From assembly GCF_000143415.4 (NCBI RefSeq), contig NW_003314266.1:3875674-3939673 (forward strand): a stretch of DNA of 64,000 bases. Reading direction: 5' to 3'. The position numbers and the translations under genes are program-made. Numbering within the stretch: position 1 is the stretch's first letter; each line of letters opens with the position of its first letter. Positions 15,540 through 28,499 of this stretch are shown here, piece after piece. The stretch is from Selaginella moellendorffii. Taxonomy: Eukaryota > Plantae > Lycopodiophyta. The notes under the pieces were generated by a model. That model was not told where the DNA came from. It saw only the letters and a program-made list of their open reading frames with translations, and made no database searches.

Positions 15540-16402
15540 CTCGCCAGTAGTTGCCTCCATCCCCAATGAGATCGATCACTAATCTTCTCGAGAAAATCTT
15601 AAGCTGGGAATGGTTCCAATTGTAGTGGGGCAATAATTCCAGCCGAAACGATAGCCCCTCACCATTCAAAGTTCTTCCAGGCCTTACGTTCTCGTTGGAG
15701 TATATCTCTTATAGAACTTTACTGCGGAATGGGGATTCACTCCCGGGTGAGCACTGGGAGAACATGCGAAATTTGTGTGTCACGAAGCTCTCCATCATGA
15801 ATCGAATTGACTGATCGCTTGCAAGAAAGGAGGAGATTTCTCTAATACCAAAATATTGGGAACACCTGAGAAATCTCTTGATCATGTATGGTTTAACGTA
15901 GACTGTGAGTTCTTCAGCGAGAACGGAGCTTTACTGGATGCTGATCAAGGGAGAGAGTTTAAGCAAGTTTCAAAGTAGACTGTAAAGAGGCTCTCAAGTT
16001 CCATACTAGTGAGTTATTAAAAAGATTTTATGAATATATGTTTCTTAAGATTCATAGCAGTTTTAAATTGCTTTACTTGCTGATACAAGTCCCTAATGCA
16101 GGAATGACAGCTGATACAAGTGCCTCAAGAGGGTTAAATGGGTTCTACCGGAACTTCTTCTCAATCCACATGCCATGGAATGTTGAGAAGAGTTAGTCAA
16201 ATTAGCTAGCCCAACTCAGTCAACAAGAAAAATGTAATTTGCATGCTGTCATAAAGAGATAATAAGGCTCCATCCACCAGCATGCTCTTAGTTCCCCACA
16301 ATTCAATGTTGCAAAATCGCCATTCCTAAAGGAACCGAATCCAAAAGTTTGGGATAACCAAGATGTCCAGGATTAAAGGCCAAAACTTTGATCTGGTTCC
16401 CT
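15540..16402 (+). pseudogene. degenerate inverted copy of the P450 at 6321-7857
   Basis: cttaagctgggaatggttccaa, gatgctgatcaag, gatacaagtgcctc, aggctccatccaccagca, caaaactttga are collinear with the P450, with many deletions and stops. Confidence 0.9.
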
Positions 16403-17340
16403 TTATCGGGCGAAGAACTTGCCCCAGAATGATTCTTGGGCATAGGAACGTCCAACTTGTCCTTCAAAGAAACTTTTGGCTTGATCCGAGTGCTCGTTTC
16501 CTGTCACCGACGAGAGCATGATGTTGCGAGAGATGAGATAATGCTGTGGAAGAGCTGCTGCGAATCTTCGGGGCTGCCAACTTGCCATTAAGAGATTAGG
16601 GAGATAGAGGCTGTGCCTGTGCGAGTGGATGCGCCAGCCCTCTGCTACCTCTGCAGGATTTGATGAGATCCGGGTAGAAGAACACCGATCGCCTCCCAAG
16701 ATCGCATGTGAAACATTTGGCGCCAAGAAAATTTTCAACCATATTCGTGCCTTCAGCCGCATCTCCATATGAGAAGTTTCGTGATAAACGTTTACTCACA
16801 ATGCTCAGCTCCTAGATGCAAAGAGATTGATGAGACAAAAGGAAGGACAGTTGTGGAACTCAATGCTTATACCCAAACCGGGAAGGTGCTCGATAAAATG
16901 CCACAAGGAAATGTTATAACGTGGTAATGCGACCTTCCGCGTTTCTTGAAAATTCGAAGATACTTGGACTATTATGCTCTAAACTTCAGTTGAGCATTTC
17001 GCGCTAACGTTTGAAAGAACGCCTAAGAGGAGCGAAGTCTCTTAGCACGATTGAAAGAAAGGAGATGCCAAAACATCAAAAGAGAGCTTTGTGATGGGGA
17101 ATTAATATCGTGGGTCTGTTACTTTACTAAATTGAGTGGTTGCAATGGAGTTCAGGCATCTTTTTAACAACCAGGGTTGAGCTTCTTGCATCCTCTTACC
17201 GGGAATGGTGATTTGGAGCAAAGAAACTGGTTCTTAATGTGATGCCTGTAATGTTGTACGGGGATTTTAGAAGCAAAAGCGATGCTCGATCATGCCGTGG
17301 AACACAATGCTGATGGCCTACGCTCAAAATGGAAGCAAGA
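16403..17340. pseudogene. degenerate copy of the PPR gene 5' half (16470-16745 on minus, 16780-17340 on plus)
   Basis: 16470-16745 matches 5965-6300 directly. gataaaatgccacaaggaaatgttataacgtggt and gaacacaatgctgatggcctacgctcaaaatgg match the reverse complement of 5250-5920. Confidence 0.85.
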
Positions 17341-17948
17341 GTTTTAGTTGTGAAACCTGACTGGATAAAAGGATACAAGCCTTGCACCTTTCACCAAAAG
17401 CAGATCACCAGATACCTGTCACCTATTGTATATGCAACCGACCCCATCAACCGACTTATGAACAAGGTGATATCCGTCTCACCTCCGTTGGCAATGCACT
17501 CTACCACCCGTCTTAGTGCGCCGTTTCCTTGATTTATCTTTCCAGTTCGAAAATTAAAGTTAACAACAGCTTTCAAATCTCCATAGTATTGGTACCTATA
17601 TTTTAGCTTCCGACCCAATGGATCCCGCTTGATCAGAATTCTCAGAGCCGGCCATATCCACCAAGATCAGCTTCCCACTCGCTCCAGAAACATTCAGGAC
17701 AACCTGCTAGGACAAGTTAATCTATCAGAGGTCGCGCTAGTAATCAGATTACCATGCAGTGGCTCCGAGAACTTCGACTGTTACAGTTGGTGCTTTTCAC
17801 AACTCGATGCTTCTCGACGTTGGCAATTTCGTTCACAAGCTTGGAGGGATCTTCACCAGAAGTGGATGTCGCATTTTTCGCTTTTCCTCCTGCCAAACTC
17901 CACTCAGAAATATTCCAAGTTTTCTAAGCTTTGCGGGCATAATTTCTG

Positions 17949-19880
17949 TTGGCATTGTTGGCACCTCTGCCCATATTCCTCATCCTCTACGTTTTCGTGT
18001 TCTCAGCACATTCCACATTCGGGAGCCTCAACATGTTTGCGGAAGATCCCAATTTCAAGCTTGATGCCACCACGAGGCAGGTAGTAGTTGCTCGATTCTC
18101 CTCTCTCATAGAGAAGGAAATCCCTTTGGGGCTAGACTATTCTATGAGCCTGTCTTTCTTTGACACTGTTCAGCTTGCAAACAGCAATTCGATTGTCCTG
18201 AGCATGCTTGTGCGGGATCCTTCCATTTGTCAAGCTGCTTCCAAAGTCGTGAATTCGAGCATGCTGCGGGATGGGTTTAGAGCGTTGGTCTCAGAGCTGG
18301 AGCTGCTTATGAACAGGACCTATGGAGCTGCATATACCATCTCGGGACAGCTTCAAGTCGGTTACCATATCAAGGGTACCAGTGCTAGAGGAAACGATGG
18401 TTGCACTTCGCTCCGGCAAATTCCAGGATTGATTATAACTGCGATGGCTACACATATCACGATACTCTGGAAAGCCACACCATCTTCAACACGTTACACG
18501 CCGGATGCAAGCTCACCTCACGGGATCAGGCTTACGAGCTGGAGATGCAGCAGGACTGCAAAGTGTTGTTGCGGGATTTGACTTTCAACAGGAGCATATA
18601 AGCAACAGGAGCCACCAGTTGCTTATACGGGCCTCTTTAGTTCGTGGACCCGATGGTCATGTGGTATTGCATGGTCCCACGGGAAATCGGTTGTGGAGTA
18701 ACCCAGGTACATCTAGTCCCAATACCTCTACTATATTGAGAGTGTAGAACGATGGGAATCTAGTAGCATACAGGCTTCATCAATCTGGAGCACTGGAATA
18801 CCGAGTGAGCCATTTTGATGCTATAATTTTTTTCCCTGACAGCGTAAGCTCCAGGTGCACCAGGTCCAGGTGGGTTGAGTTCACCAGGTGCATCTCCAAA
18901 ATCACCACGCAGAAAATCACGGACCCAGATAATACTGATCCTGTCGTTGGTGCCTTTTACTGCATTATTATCATGCGTTCTGATCGTCGTATATTGGATA
19001 CACAATAGGAGCAAGGCAGGCGCAGGTACTTTACCGTTCATGAATGTTGTTTCATCTCTGAAACTCTTCGTATATGTTCATCAGCAACGCGTATAGAACT
19101 TGCGGAGACCAAGGCATACTCTTACCAAGAAGTCAGTGAGCCGACGATGGGATTTAACGCCCAGAACGAAATTGGAGAAAGGGGATTTGCAGTTGTCTAT
19201 AAGGTAAATCTAAAAGTTAATATCCTTCATTGTTTCGTTTACATCCCAGTAAACAGGGAATGTTGGAGGGACAGACCGTTGCAATTAAGTACCTGAAGTT
19301 CCATTCTGAAGAAATTCAGTGCGATTTTGTTAGAGAGGTCAAAACAATTTCTATCACACAAATCTCGTTAAGCTGCTCGGATACTGTTTGCAAAAAGACT
19401 ATCAACTATTAGTGTACGAGTGCATGACAAGAAAAAGCCTCCGACATGCTTTGGATGGTAAGCCTTAAATTTCTCGTTTTAGATTCAGTCTCTACAACTT
19501 TTGTTATGTGCAGAAGCAGAAATGTAACTGTCCTGGAAGACAAGATTTGAAATATGTCTTGGAGTTGCAGAAGGATTGGCGTATTTGCATGGGGGCTTAC
19601 ATTGTTCACAAGGATATAAAACCTGGCAACATATTACTTGACGAAAGGTTTCAACCGAAAATTGCAGATTATGGCCTGGTGGAGCTCATACCGGATGGCA
19701 AAACTCATTACGCCATAACACCAGGAGGAACCCCGTGAGTGCATTTTACACCTTATGAATCTTCTCTCTGACTGTTTGTAAGTTTTTCAGTGGCTACATC
19801 CCTCCGGAATATGCACAAGGACAGCTAACTTTCAAAGCTGATGTATACGCATTTGGGCAATTTATACTCGAGGATGAAAC
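17949..19880 (+). pseudogene. decayed bulb-type (B-)lectin receptor-like kinase with an extra N-terminal domain
   Basis: Hydrophobic leader without ATG; B-lectin motifs (LEMQQDCKVLL; DGHVVLHG..LWS; V*NDGNL); TM; kinase motifs IGERGFAVVYK, VAIK, IVHKDIKPGNILLD, IADYGL, GYIPPEY, KADVYAFG. Several frameshifts and stops. Confidence 0.75.
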
Positions 19881-20493
19881 ACTAGAAAATTATAGAAAGA
19901 AGTCAGTCATTATATATTAATATGGAAATGAATCTCTTAAAGATCACGGTGAAACGGAGATCACCTTGTTTATAAGTCACTTTAAAGTAGGTTCTTTGGG
20001 TTGCATGGTGACCGGTATATGGCAAACTGCTTTTCGGGAAAAGCGTGGAGTCTTGTCTCTTTTTAAGCCATCAATATGCCCGCCACTACCAAACTCCACT
20101 CATGCATTTTGTTTGCTTGCAGCCAAGCTTTGCCAGCAGAGATCTTCAGAATTGTGTTTGGAACCTGCATCCTCAATTGGGAGCTTTCTTTATGTTTGAG
20201 AGTGTGAAGTGGAGCAGCTTAAGGCTTGCAACATATAAATACATTCAGCTGAGAGTTTCTTTTTGGTGTGCAATGTTAGGATCTTACCCTAAGCCAAATT
20301 GGCTAAAAGGGTGATCCTTTGATTGCATGGCCTTTTCTTTTATCCTATTATCCTTACATGATGCCTAATAATCCTTGGAATGATCATCCACAATGATACT
20401 TTGGTCCTTATGGTCTTTTTCTTAGGGTTTAAAATTAATCCATCCCGCTATGCTAGTATTAATATATGGCATTGTAACTGTACATTTAAACCT

Positions 20494-20708
<215 letters not shown>

Positions 20709-20857
20709 GAAAATTCATTATATAAGGTTTATAAATACATATATATAAAATAGTTTTTTGATTTATCAACATAACTTGAAAAAATTAAATTTTCATTGTA
20801 TTTAAGCATTAATACAGCATATTGTATGTATTAAATAATAATTATCACTTTCCCATA

Positions 20858-21643
20858 TTATAATATTATTATCCTTTTCATTTTTAAGTAAATGACCACT
20901 ATATTGAAGATGTAAAGAAAAAAGATACTGAATTTTTCTGAATTTGTAGACCATATACATTTTTCATGAAGAATATTTTCAACTATAAAGTTACAATTGA
21001 TAAGACTAACTCTATAATAATTATTTAATGATGCTAAGGCATTGTCATTTTTTATATATGTACCAAGTATATATTTATATTCACTTATTACTTGTTTTTG
21101 ATATGGCTAACATTGTAAAGTATCTAAATCACCATCTAAAATATTTTTCTATGTAGATTATCATCTGGTCAACCTTTTGGATATTTTAATGAAGGTATTG
21201 GGTTGTAAAAGATCTCTTTTAGGTGGTTTACTAGCCAAATAAATTATCATAAAGTGAGTAATAATTTCTTGTAAACCATAAAGATGTGTATGTAATTTAC
21301 AAGTCGTAATATTTGATTAAATATTTCTTGTAAATATTGGGCACTAAATGCAATGCCTTCATACAAGTAATACCCTTAAAGCATCATAAAATATATAAAT
21401 TCAAAAAATAACTTGTTGAGAGGTAACAATTATTGATTCTTGAATAAAATATCCATTTCGCCCATAATTGATTGGTATGTTAATTCTTCCTATTAAATCT
21501 TTAATTTTATTTATAATGCTTCTAATGTGTCTATTGCCAAAATGGAATAATCATCCAATCATTCTTGTATTGGGGGTTTGTGCATAACATCTGGCAATAA
21601 AAGATAAAATTAAAATGACTAATAGTAAAATTTTAGAGCTCAT
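20858..21643 (-). pseudogene. degenerate intronless AT-rich ORF with a signal peptide (unknown, possibly viral)
   Basis: Manual translation MSSKILLLVILILSFIARCYAQ...KFSIFFLYIFNIVVIYLKMKRIIIL*: 262 codons in one frame with about 9 internal stops. Confidence 0.45.
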
Positions 21644-21693
21644 TACTACAAATAAAACTGAATTATATAGCTATTTTGATGAATTTTCTTCTT

Positions 21694-22584
21694 TCACTTT
21701 TTCTTAACATTTTTATTCACTACTTTTAAATTATAGATAATTAAAGTTGATTGCCATTTATCTAAAGATAGTTTTTCTGTAAAATAATTATCTTTATGTG
21801 AATAGGTTACTGTTGTTTGTCTTAGTGCTCTACACCTAACCTGTGGGAAAAGTAGAAAGAAAAACCAAATTTTTTAGACACAGAATAACTTTTGCTAATT
21901 GCAATCATTGTTAATCCTGCCTTTGACTTTAGCCAAGGACTCCAAGGACCTTTTGAGTCCTCCTACTTTCACCATCAATACAGTGTATAAGGAGGTTTTA
22001 TATTAAATATTTTCACCTCCACCAATTTCCTGTTGAGTTTGATTCTTGTTCCATGCATTGTCTGTAACACTGAAAGAAATTCTTGATATAAGTCTAATGA
22101 ACAAATAAAAGGCCTGTCTAGAATACTCCAATTCCAATTCCAAAAATGGTTTTGAGAGACTTATGTTATAACTATGACATTCAAAACAATATTTACTAAC
22201 AGTATTTTCAATAATGAGGAGTTGCTAAACTTTCTGGGCCACTGGATCCACTCAATGCCAGCCATTGCAATGGGCGGTAATTGTCAAAGGGTTATTTCTA
22301 CAATCACATCTTCTGATGTTTACTTTTTACCCATGGAAAGTGCTAAATTTCTTTGAGCCAAAAAAGAAAGTGTTATGACATATGTTATATATAAAGTATT
22401 GACCAGCATTGATATCAACCTTTTTGTAATGGAGATTAGTTATTATGTCACCTGGATTTGATAATTCTCTTTAATGAATTTGATAATTTCTTTTGAGGAC
22501 GTACATCCTCATAATTATTTCATCATTTTTTCTTTCAAAGTGGAATTCAATATTTGTTGTTTTGATATTATTCCAATGTAGTTT
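21694..22584 (-). pseudogene. degenerate intronless AT-rich ORF (unknown, possibly viral)
   Basis: Manual translation gives 297 codons in a single frame with 7 internal stops; contains RRCDCRNNPLTITAHCNGWH and KYCFECHSY. Confidence 0.5.
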
Positions 22585-22717
22585 TCAATTTAACAAAATC
22601 AATCAAAACAGTGTTTGCTAACTGGCTAAGCAATTTTAAAAAATACGAATGCCTAATTTGAATATTCTTTTTTTAACTGGGTGAATTCTAACGAAGAACC
22701 CTAAATATTTTCCCACT

Positions 22718-23905
22718 ATGATGCGAGCTATGGTGCTTGAAGCGCCTGGAAGCGCTCTCAAGCTCACAGAGCTCCCGATTCCAGAGCCTCTCGACGGCCA
22801 GGTCCGCGTCAAGGTCTCGGCGTGCGCTGTGTGCCGCACGGATCTTCATGTGGTAAGCGCCAAGCTTTGATTTCCTTCCAAAAATCGCCGCGCAGGTCGA
22901 CGGCGAGCTCAAGGAGCCCAGTCTTCCGATAATCCCTGGTCACGAAATCGTGGGACTGGTGGATAAGATCGGGCGAGGCGTGGATCCTTTGCATTTTTCA
23001 ATTGGAGCTAGAGTGGGAATTCCTTGGCTGGGAAGAACTTGCGGGAGCTGCAGCTACTGTGTGGATGGAGCTGAGAATTTGTGTGACGAGCCAGGCTTCA
23101 CTGGTGAGAAAGCTTTCAAGTTCTTTATTCTTCGTTTCCAGTTCTTCTTTGCATGGAAAAAGATTCTTTCTTGCAGGCTATACGATCGATGGTGGCTATG
23201 CCGAGTACGCTGTTGCGAACAGTGCCTACTGCTTCTCCCTTCCGGAGAATTACCCGGACGTGAAAGCCTCTCCACTCCTTTGCGCCGGTCTCATCGGCTA
23301 TCGATCACTCAGGATGGCTGGATTCACGCCTGGAATGCCCAAACCCCGCAAGTTTGGAATCTATGGATTTGGAGCTGCTGCTCACATCGCTGCTCAGGTC
23401 CACCGAGCTCTTCCACCGCTCTCGAATCGTACAAAAGCTTTGGATCTTCCAGGTGTTGAGACACGAAGGCCATGAAGTGTATGGTTTCACTCGACCGGGC
23501 GACGTAGAGGCGCAAGCTTTTGCTCGAAAAGTTGGAGCCACTTGGTCGGGTGATTCCACAGCGTCGCCTCCACAACTCTTGGACGCCGCCATCATCTTTG
23601 CTTCGGTGGGATCGCTGGTACCGCTCGCTCTGGCAGCCATTCGCAAGGGCGGGGTGGTGGTTTGCGGCGGGATTTACATGACTCCAGTCCCCTCGATTCC
23701 ATACGCGGCGATCTGGGGCGAGAGGAGAGTGGTGTCGGTCGCGAATCTCACGCGCTTGGATGCCATCGAGTTCTTGCGAGTGGCTTCGAGCATGGAGATC
23801 AAAACGGAGACAGTGGAGTTTAGATTGGAGGAGGCAAACGAAGCGCTGCGAGCTCTGAGGGAAGGGAAGCTCAATGGAGCAGCAGTTCTTGTTCCAGGGA
23901 TCTAG
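22718..23905 (+). CDS. Zn-dependent alcohol dehydrogenase (MDR) of bacterial type; introns 22853-22895, 23104-23176, 23398-23452
   Basis: Spliced protein MRAMVLEAPG...VCRTDLHV|VDGEL..PIIPGHEIVG...CGSCSYC..GAENLC..FTG|YTIDGGYAEY...PLLCAGLIGYRSL...GIYGFGAAAHI...GERRVVSVANLTR...GAAVLVP; open frame across three GT-AG introns. Confidence 0.93.
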
Positions 23906-24289
23906 GTGGAAGTAACAAGTTGGGCATTTGGCAAGTACATTTGTGCCACTCACTCCGCAATAATTAAAAGAGACTTACACTCACATGGCAATCCAGCAAC
24001 GGTCCAGCCCACCTAGTTTTTCCTTGGCCTGATCAAGCCCTTTCTTTTCTCTTCTCTTTCTTGGATTCCTGGATCTTTGTGAGCTCAAGAGCATGTTTCT
24101 GGCTGGAATGCGCAATATTTCGCCTCTGGGGTGAAATTCTAGCGGTTAGATTTTAGTTAGTGATTTTTCTCGGCCGGTGCTCCCAAGGTGTTGCCTAAGA
24201 CTCCTCCCACACCCCGCAAGCGCTCCATCAATTGCCTACACGTCAAGTGATTTTTCAATGCGATGCCCAACATGACCCTGCTTTCCCTG

Positions 24290-24730
24290 TTGTGTGAAAC
24301 TTCAACCCAATATACTCATCACTCTGAAGGAGAACTGGATGACAAGGAAAGGATTTGCTTTAGGATGAAAGACAATGGCACATCTTTTTAAAGCTGTTTG
24401 ACATAGAAATGTATATAGAGCTAAATTATCAGGGCATAGGATTTTTGATCGATACTGGGAAATTAAATTTTCTCTTCCCCAAAGTATTCAAGCATCTCTA
24501 TACACTTTTCTTTTGGGAGAACTTTTCTACGAATAGATGACGTAGCCCAATTTACATCATCATATTTACTTCTAATTTTTTTATGGCCAGGTTTACAATT
24601 GTCACCACTAGGCCAAATGGAGTAAGGGCAAATAAACTGCTCAAAAAAAATTCTCACTTCCAAAAGAGGATTTCAAGAGCGTGCAAATGGAAGTTCATGG
24701 GTATGGTGTGTTCCACCTCAACTGTAGCCA
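24290..24730 (+). pseudogene. degenerate copy of the ORF at 34199-35374
   Basis: atactcatcactctgaaggagaactggatgacaaggaaagg...atggaagttcatgggtatggtgtgttccacctc with deletions. Confidence 0.85.
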
Positions 24731-25089
24731 ATGTCTCTGAAAGAAAGAGATCTTGAACAGGGTATTATCAATGTTGTGATCCAGATCCTGGGAGTTTGCT
24801 TGTTGGATCGACCAAATTCGAAGTTTGTGTAAAGATAACTTTGATCCGAGCATATAGTGTTTATAGCCTTGGATATATCATCTTGCTCGATCTCTTCTCT
24901 TGGAGGAAAAGCCCAGTTTTTAGTCTTCGATCCTCGCGGAAGAACCAAATCTGTAAGTTGTCTTTGCTCCTCTCCAGCCACCAAGTAAGAAAAATATAAA
25001 AACCAGCCATAAACTTTGCCTCGTTGTCCGTCCCTTAAGAATTTTTTAATATAATTTGTCAAGGGTTTACGGTTTTGTAGCTAAGGCGA

Positions 25090-26400
25090 GAAGTGGGGGA
25101 TTGAGATCTGGTACTTACTCTCGCCATCACGCAGCTTCGTAAGTTTGTTTCTCTTTTTCTCTCTCTTTTTTTTTTTGGCTAAAACTTTGCTTTGTTTTGG
25201 TCCCAGTGGTTGCTATGACCGAGGAGTGGTATTGCGGCGATCCCTGTGATTTAAAGTTACTTCGATGATAGGAAGACAAGAATTACGGGAATTTATGGGC
25301 ACAGCTCTCTTTTGTCTAGATGCACGCTAAGTTTCTTTCTTTTTTAAAACGCTGATCAACATGAGATTGGGCGGTAGCTTGCCATCATATCTAACGGCCC
25401 TCCAGCCCTTGCAAGTTTCATGTAGATCGAAGCTTGCTACCCTCATATCCTCTCTAGTCTTTCGGCCCTCTTATTTCTGTAAGTCTGAACGGAAACTTTC
25501 TGGATGGAAGGATTACCCCAACTATTGTCGAGATCTCGTTTGACGGCACGGGCTTTGACAACCTGACAGTATTAAGACGACTTTGCTACAACTGTGTACA
25601 TATGGCTTAATTGTTTTTCTCCAGGCATCTCAACAACGGTGTGATTCCCACTGTGCTGTCTACGATGCCAAAACTATTTCACCTATACGTGATTTTGCGA
25701 GTTGCCACTGCTCATGATAGTTTTAGTCTTCGCCTTCGTGACAGACTGCTGGAAGACAACAACTTTCCAGGAGCCATACCTCCAGAAATCGGCAGCTTGC
25801 CACAGCTGAGAATCTTGTGAGAGTTCTCTCTGTTTTCCTTCTTTATAGAGTTGATTGAGCTGCAGATTCTAACTTTTGCTAACTGACAACGACATTGTAA
25901 TAAACTTGAGGGCCCCGTACCTGAAACCATCAGTCGCCTGGCTTTCCTCCTCGAGCTGTATGATGGTTTTGATTTTGATGAATATTTGACCATCTTGTCT
26001 GCTATGCAAAATCTACATCTCATGTGGGTTGCTCCTGATTTTTCTTCTCTGATACCGTTTTACCAGCGATCAGCGATCAATAGTTTAAACCTTGTCGAAC
26101 AGATTCCGTGAGGCAGCGTGAAAGTTTTAAAGACAAAACTTTTTCTTTGTGACTCTTTGCAGGTTTCTGGAGAACCACTTGTGGTTGCATCGACGCCAGT
26201 CATTGAAACTGGTTTCGGTGGAAGAATCTGAAGTATCTGAAATAACAAAATCTGAAGAGTTCTGTCTTGATAGATTTCTGGGCAACTCCAAGATTGACCG
26301 TCAAAGGCCAAAACTTTGAGCTGTATCGTGTCAAAGGTGGCACCCTGGTGCTCGGATCAAGCCAAGAATTTGTTTGTGATCACAACGAAGTTTTGTGAAA
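25090..26400 (+). pseudogene. LRR-RLK ectodomain remnant (inverted relative to 9022-13072)
   Basis: gataggaagacaagaattac; LLEDNNFPGAIPPEIGSLPQLRIL; retains intron sequence of the parent gene. Confidence 0.85.
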
Positions 26401-26521
26401 ACGCTTATTTACGGTGTTCAACTCCAATCCCGACAGTTACAAGTGAATGTGTAGCTGAGTTGGTTATGAAAGAGCACATTCTTTCTTGGTTTTCGGCTGC
26501 ACAGTCTTCCTTGGGATATTG

Positions 26522-27817
26522 TCATAGTGGATTGAATGACGGCTTAAAAGGATACAACGCACCACCCCTTTGGTCAAAAGCCGTTCGCCAGATATCAGTC
26601 ACCTCATTGTAAATGCCACCCGAACACCCTTCAAAGTGAAGTATCAAGAAGGTGATCTCCGTCTCACCTCCCGCCACTACCAAACTCCACTCATGCATAT
26701 TGCTTGCTAGCGGCCCAACTTTTCTCAGATTTGCCGGCAGAATCTCTCTAGGCATTGTTGCCAAGGGTCGCCATTGTCTGGATGCTTCGTCCAGATAGAC
26801 AAAACCAAGGGTTTGTGCATCCAGTATAAAGTTCGCAAGCACCAGTTTTCCTGAAACCCAGTGAACACAAAACCAAGCATAAAAAGAAAAAGAAAACATA
26901 AACTTACCGGCACAATAAACAAGTGAGGTGTTATTGTTTCGGCATCCGTTGTATGGTTCTTGATGCAAGCCCATGGGAAGACTCGTCCAGGTTGCCACAG
27001 TCGCCACCTTGCCATCTGAATCCCACACGTTGACGCACTTGAGTGATCTGGTGTTGTTCTTTGCGATCGTGATAAAGTAGAGCTTGTCCTCCCGTAGAAG
27101 CATGCAATCGTTGGCGTCATCAAAGGAAGTCTGGGCAATCTCATTCCCGTTTGCGAATACTCGACAAGACGAGACCCATTTGTGAACTCTGGAATCATAA
27201 ACTTGTAGAACTAGATGGCGTGCACCTACATACGTTGTCTTGATTCCCTGAACAGAAACCACGGAAAACCAAGGCCTGTTGTCACTACCAACTGAAGATT
27301 GGATAGCCACGAAAATTATGGTTGGCTCAGAACCAGGTGGTGGAGGCAGCTTCACCAGGGAACTTAAATCTAAGGGGTTGCAAACCACAGCAGTCCCTAA
27401 GGTGTTCAAGGGGAAGTATGCAAGAACAAGCCCGGCAGAAGACACACAGATACTTGCTGTTTCCATCGTTGTAAACATCTCGATCATCTTCCATGAAAGA
27501 GGCCTTGAATTTCCATCACAGAGACCAACACTGCAAAAACCATCCATGATATACCACTGCCCATTGCAAAACCTGTGAGCTTTGCTATATCCCAAGCCCT
27601 GGATTGCGGACTTCCAAGCCTTGCAGACGCTCTTTCCACGGCAAAGTGCCGGCAGTGGCAAGAAGTTTAGAATGTGGAGCTGGAGTTCCAAAGGCAGCTG
27701 GGACCAGCTGGGATGATCCAGAGCACCTGTAGTTCTACGCCTCACCTTGAGATTCGTGATCATACCATCCCAGTGCCGCTTTTGCTTCTTCTCCGAAATA
27801 TTGATAAATGGATCCAT
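26522..27817 (-). CDS. F-box protein (copy 1); probable in-frame 57-nt intron near 26850-26906
   Basis: F-box motif WSQLPLELQLHILNFLPLPALCRGKSVCKAW; VCNP, LPPPP, VYDS...W beta-propeller-type C-terminus ending FKPSF. Confidence 0.85.
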   Translation of the reverse strand: MDPFINISEKKQKRHWDGMITNLKVRRRTTGALDHPSWSQLPLELQLHILNFLPLPALCRGKSVCKAWKSAIQGLGYSKAHRFCNGQWYIMDGFCSVGLCDGNSRPLSWKMIEMFTTMETASICVSSAGLVLAYFPLNTLGTAVVCNPLDLSSLVKLPPPPGSEPTIIFVAIQSSVGSDNRPWFSVVSVQGIKTTYVGARHLVLQVYDSRVHKWVSSCRVFANGNEIAQTSFDDANDCMLLREDKLYFITIAKNNTRSLKCVNVWDSDGKVATVATWTSLPMGLHQEPYNGCRNNNTSLVYCAGKFMFSFSFYAWFCVHWVSGKLVLANFILDAQTLGFVYLDEASRQWRPLATMPREILPANLRKVGPLASNMHEWSLVVAGGETEITFLILHFEGCSGGIYNEVTDIWRTAFDQRGGALYPFKPSFNPL

Positions 27818-28499
27818 ACCCTAGCGCAAGGATAAATGATAAAAAGGTAGAAAGAGTCCGGACCCTTTTCTATGTTGGTAATGGGATGGGAATCGAGCGC
27901 CAGACCTCTCATAACTCCGTACCCATTGATTGTCGACCTTCCCTGGATCAATCTTTTTCCCTTGCTCGGAATAGTTCATTAGCGAAGACATTGTTTCTTC
28001 TTTGATTGATCAATCGATCCATGGGTGGGGCACAAAGCACGGACTTTGGATGGAAGAGAGCGATCGATTGATCAAGGAGGAAACTCTCTTCTGGATTTTG
28101 ATTGATTTCTCTAGAGCATAGAGATTGAAATATGAGCTTGGAAGCATTTTAGAGGTAATCGAAGAAAAGCGAGAAAGAAAGGCAAAATGTTTTTAGTCAG
28201 CCGTCGGATGGCCATAGATCGGACGGCCACAGATCGCGCTTTATAGTAGAGATTCGATGGATATATTTAGGGTTTAACGGGCTGGGCGGGAGAGAAGAGA
28301 ATGGTGCTGATGAGGCGACGGAGGGAGGATGAGGCGCTGATGAGGCGATGGAGGGAGGAGATGGCGCAGTAGTCCTCGCATAAGCTCAATGTAGCCAAAT
28401 CGAATCGTCCGAGGTAAGATTTTCCAGATTCTAGTCCCATTCCAGACCGATCGGGCAAAATTTTGCAGCTCCGAAGAAATCTGTCGAATTAATACCCAG

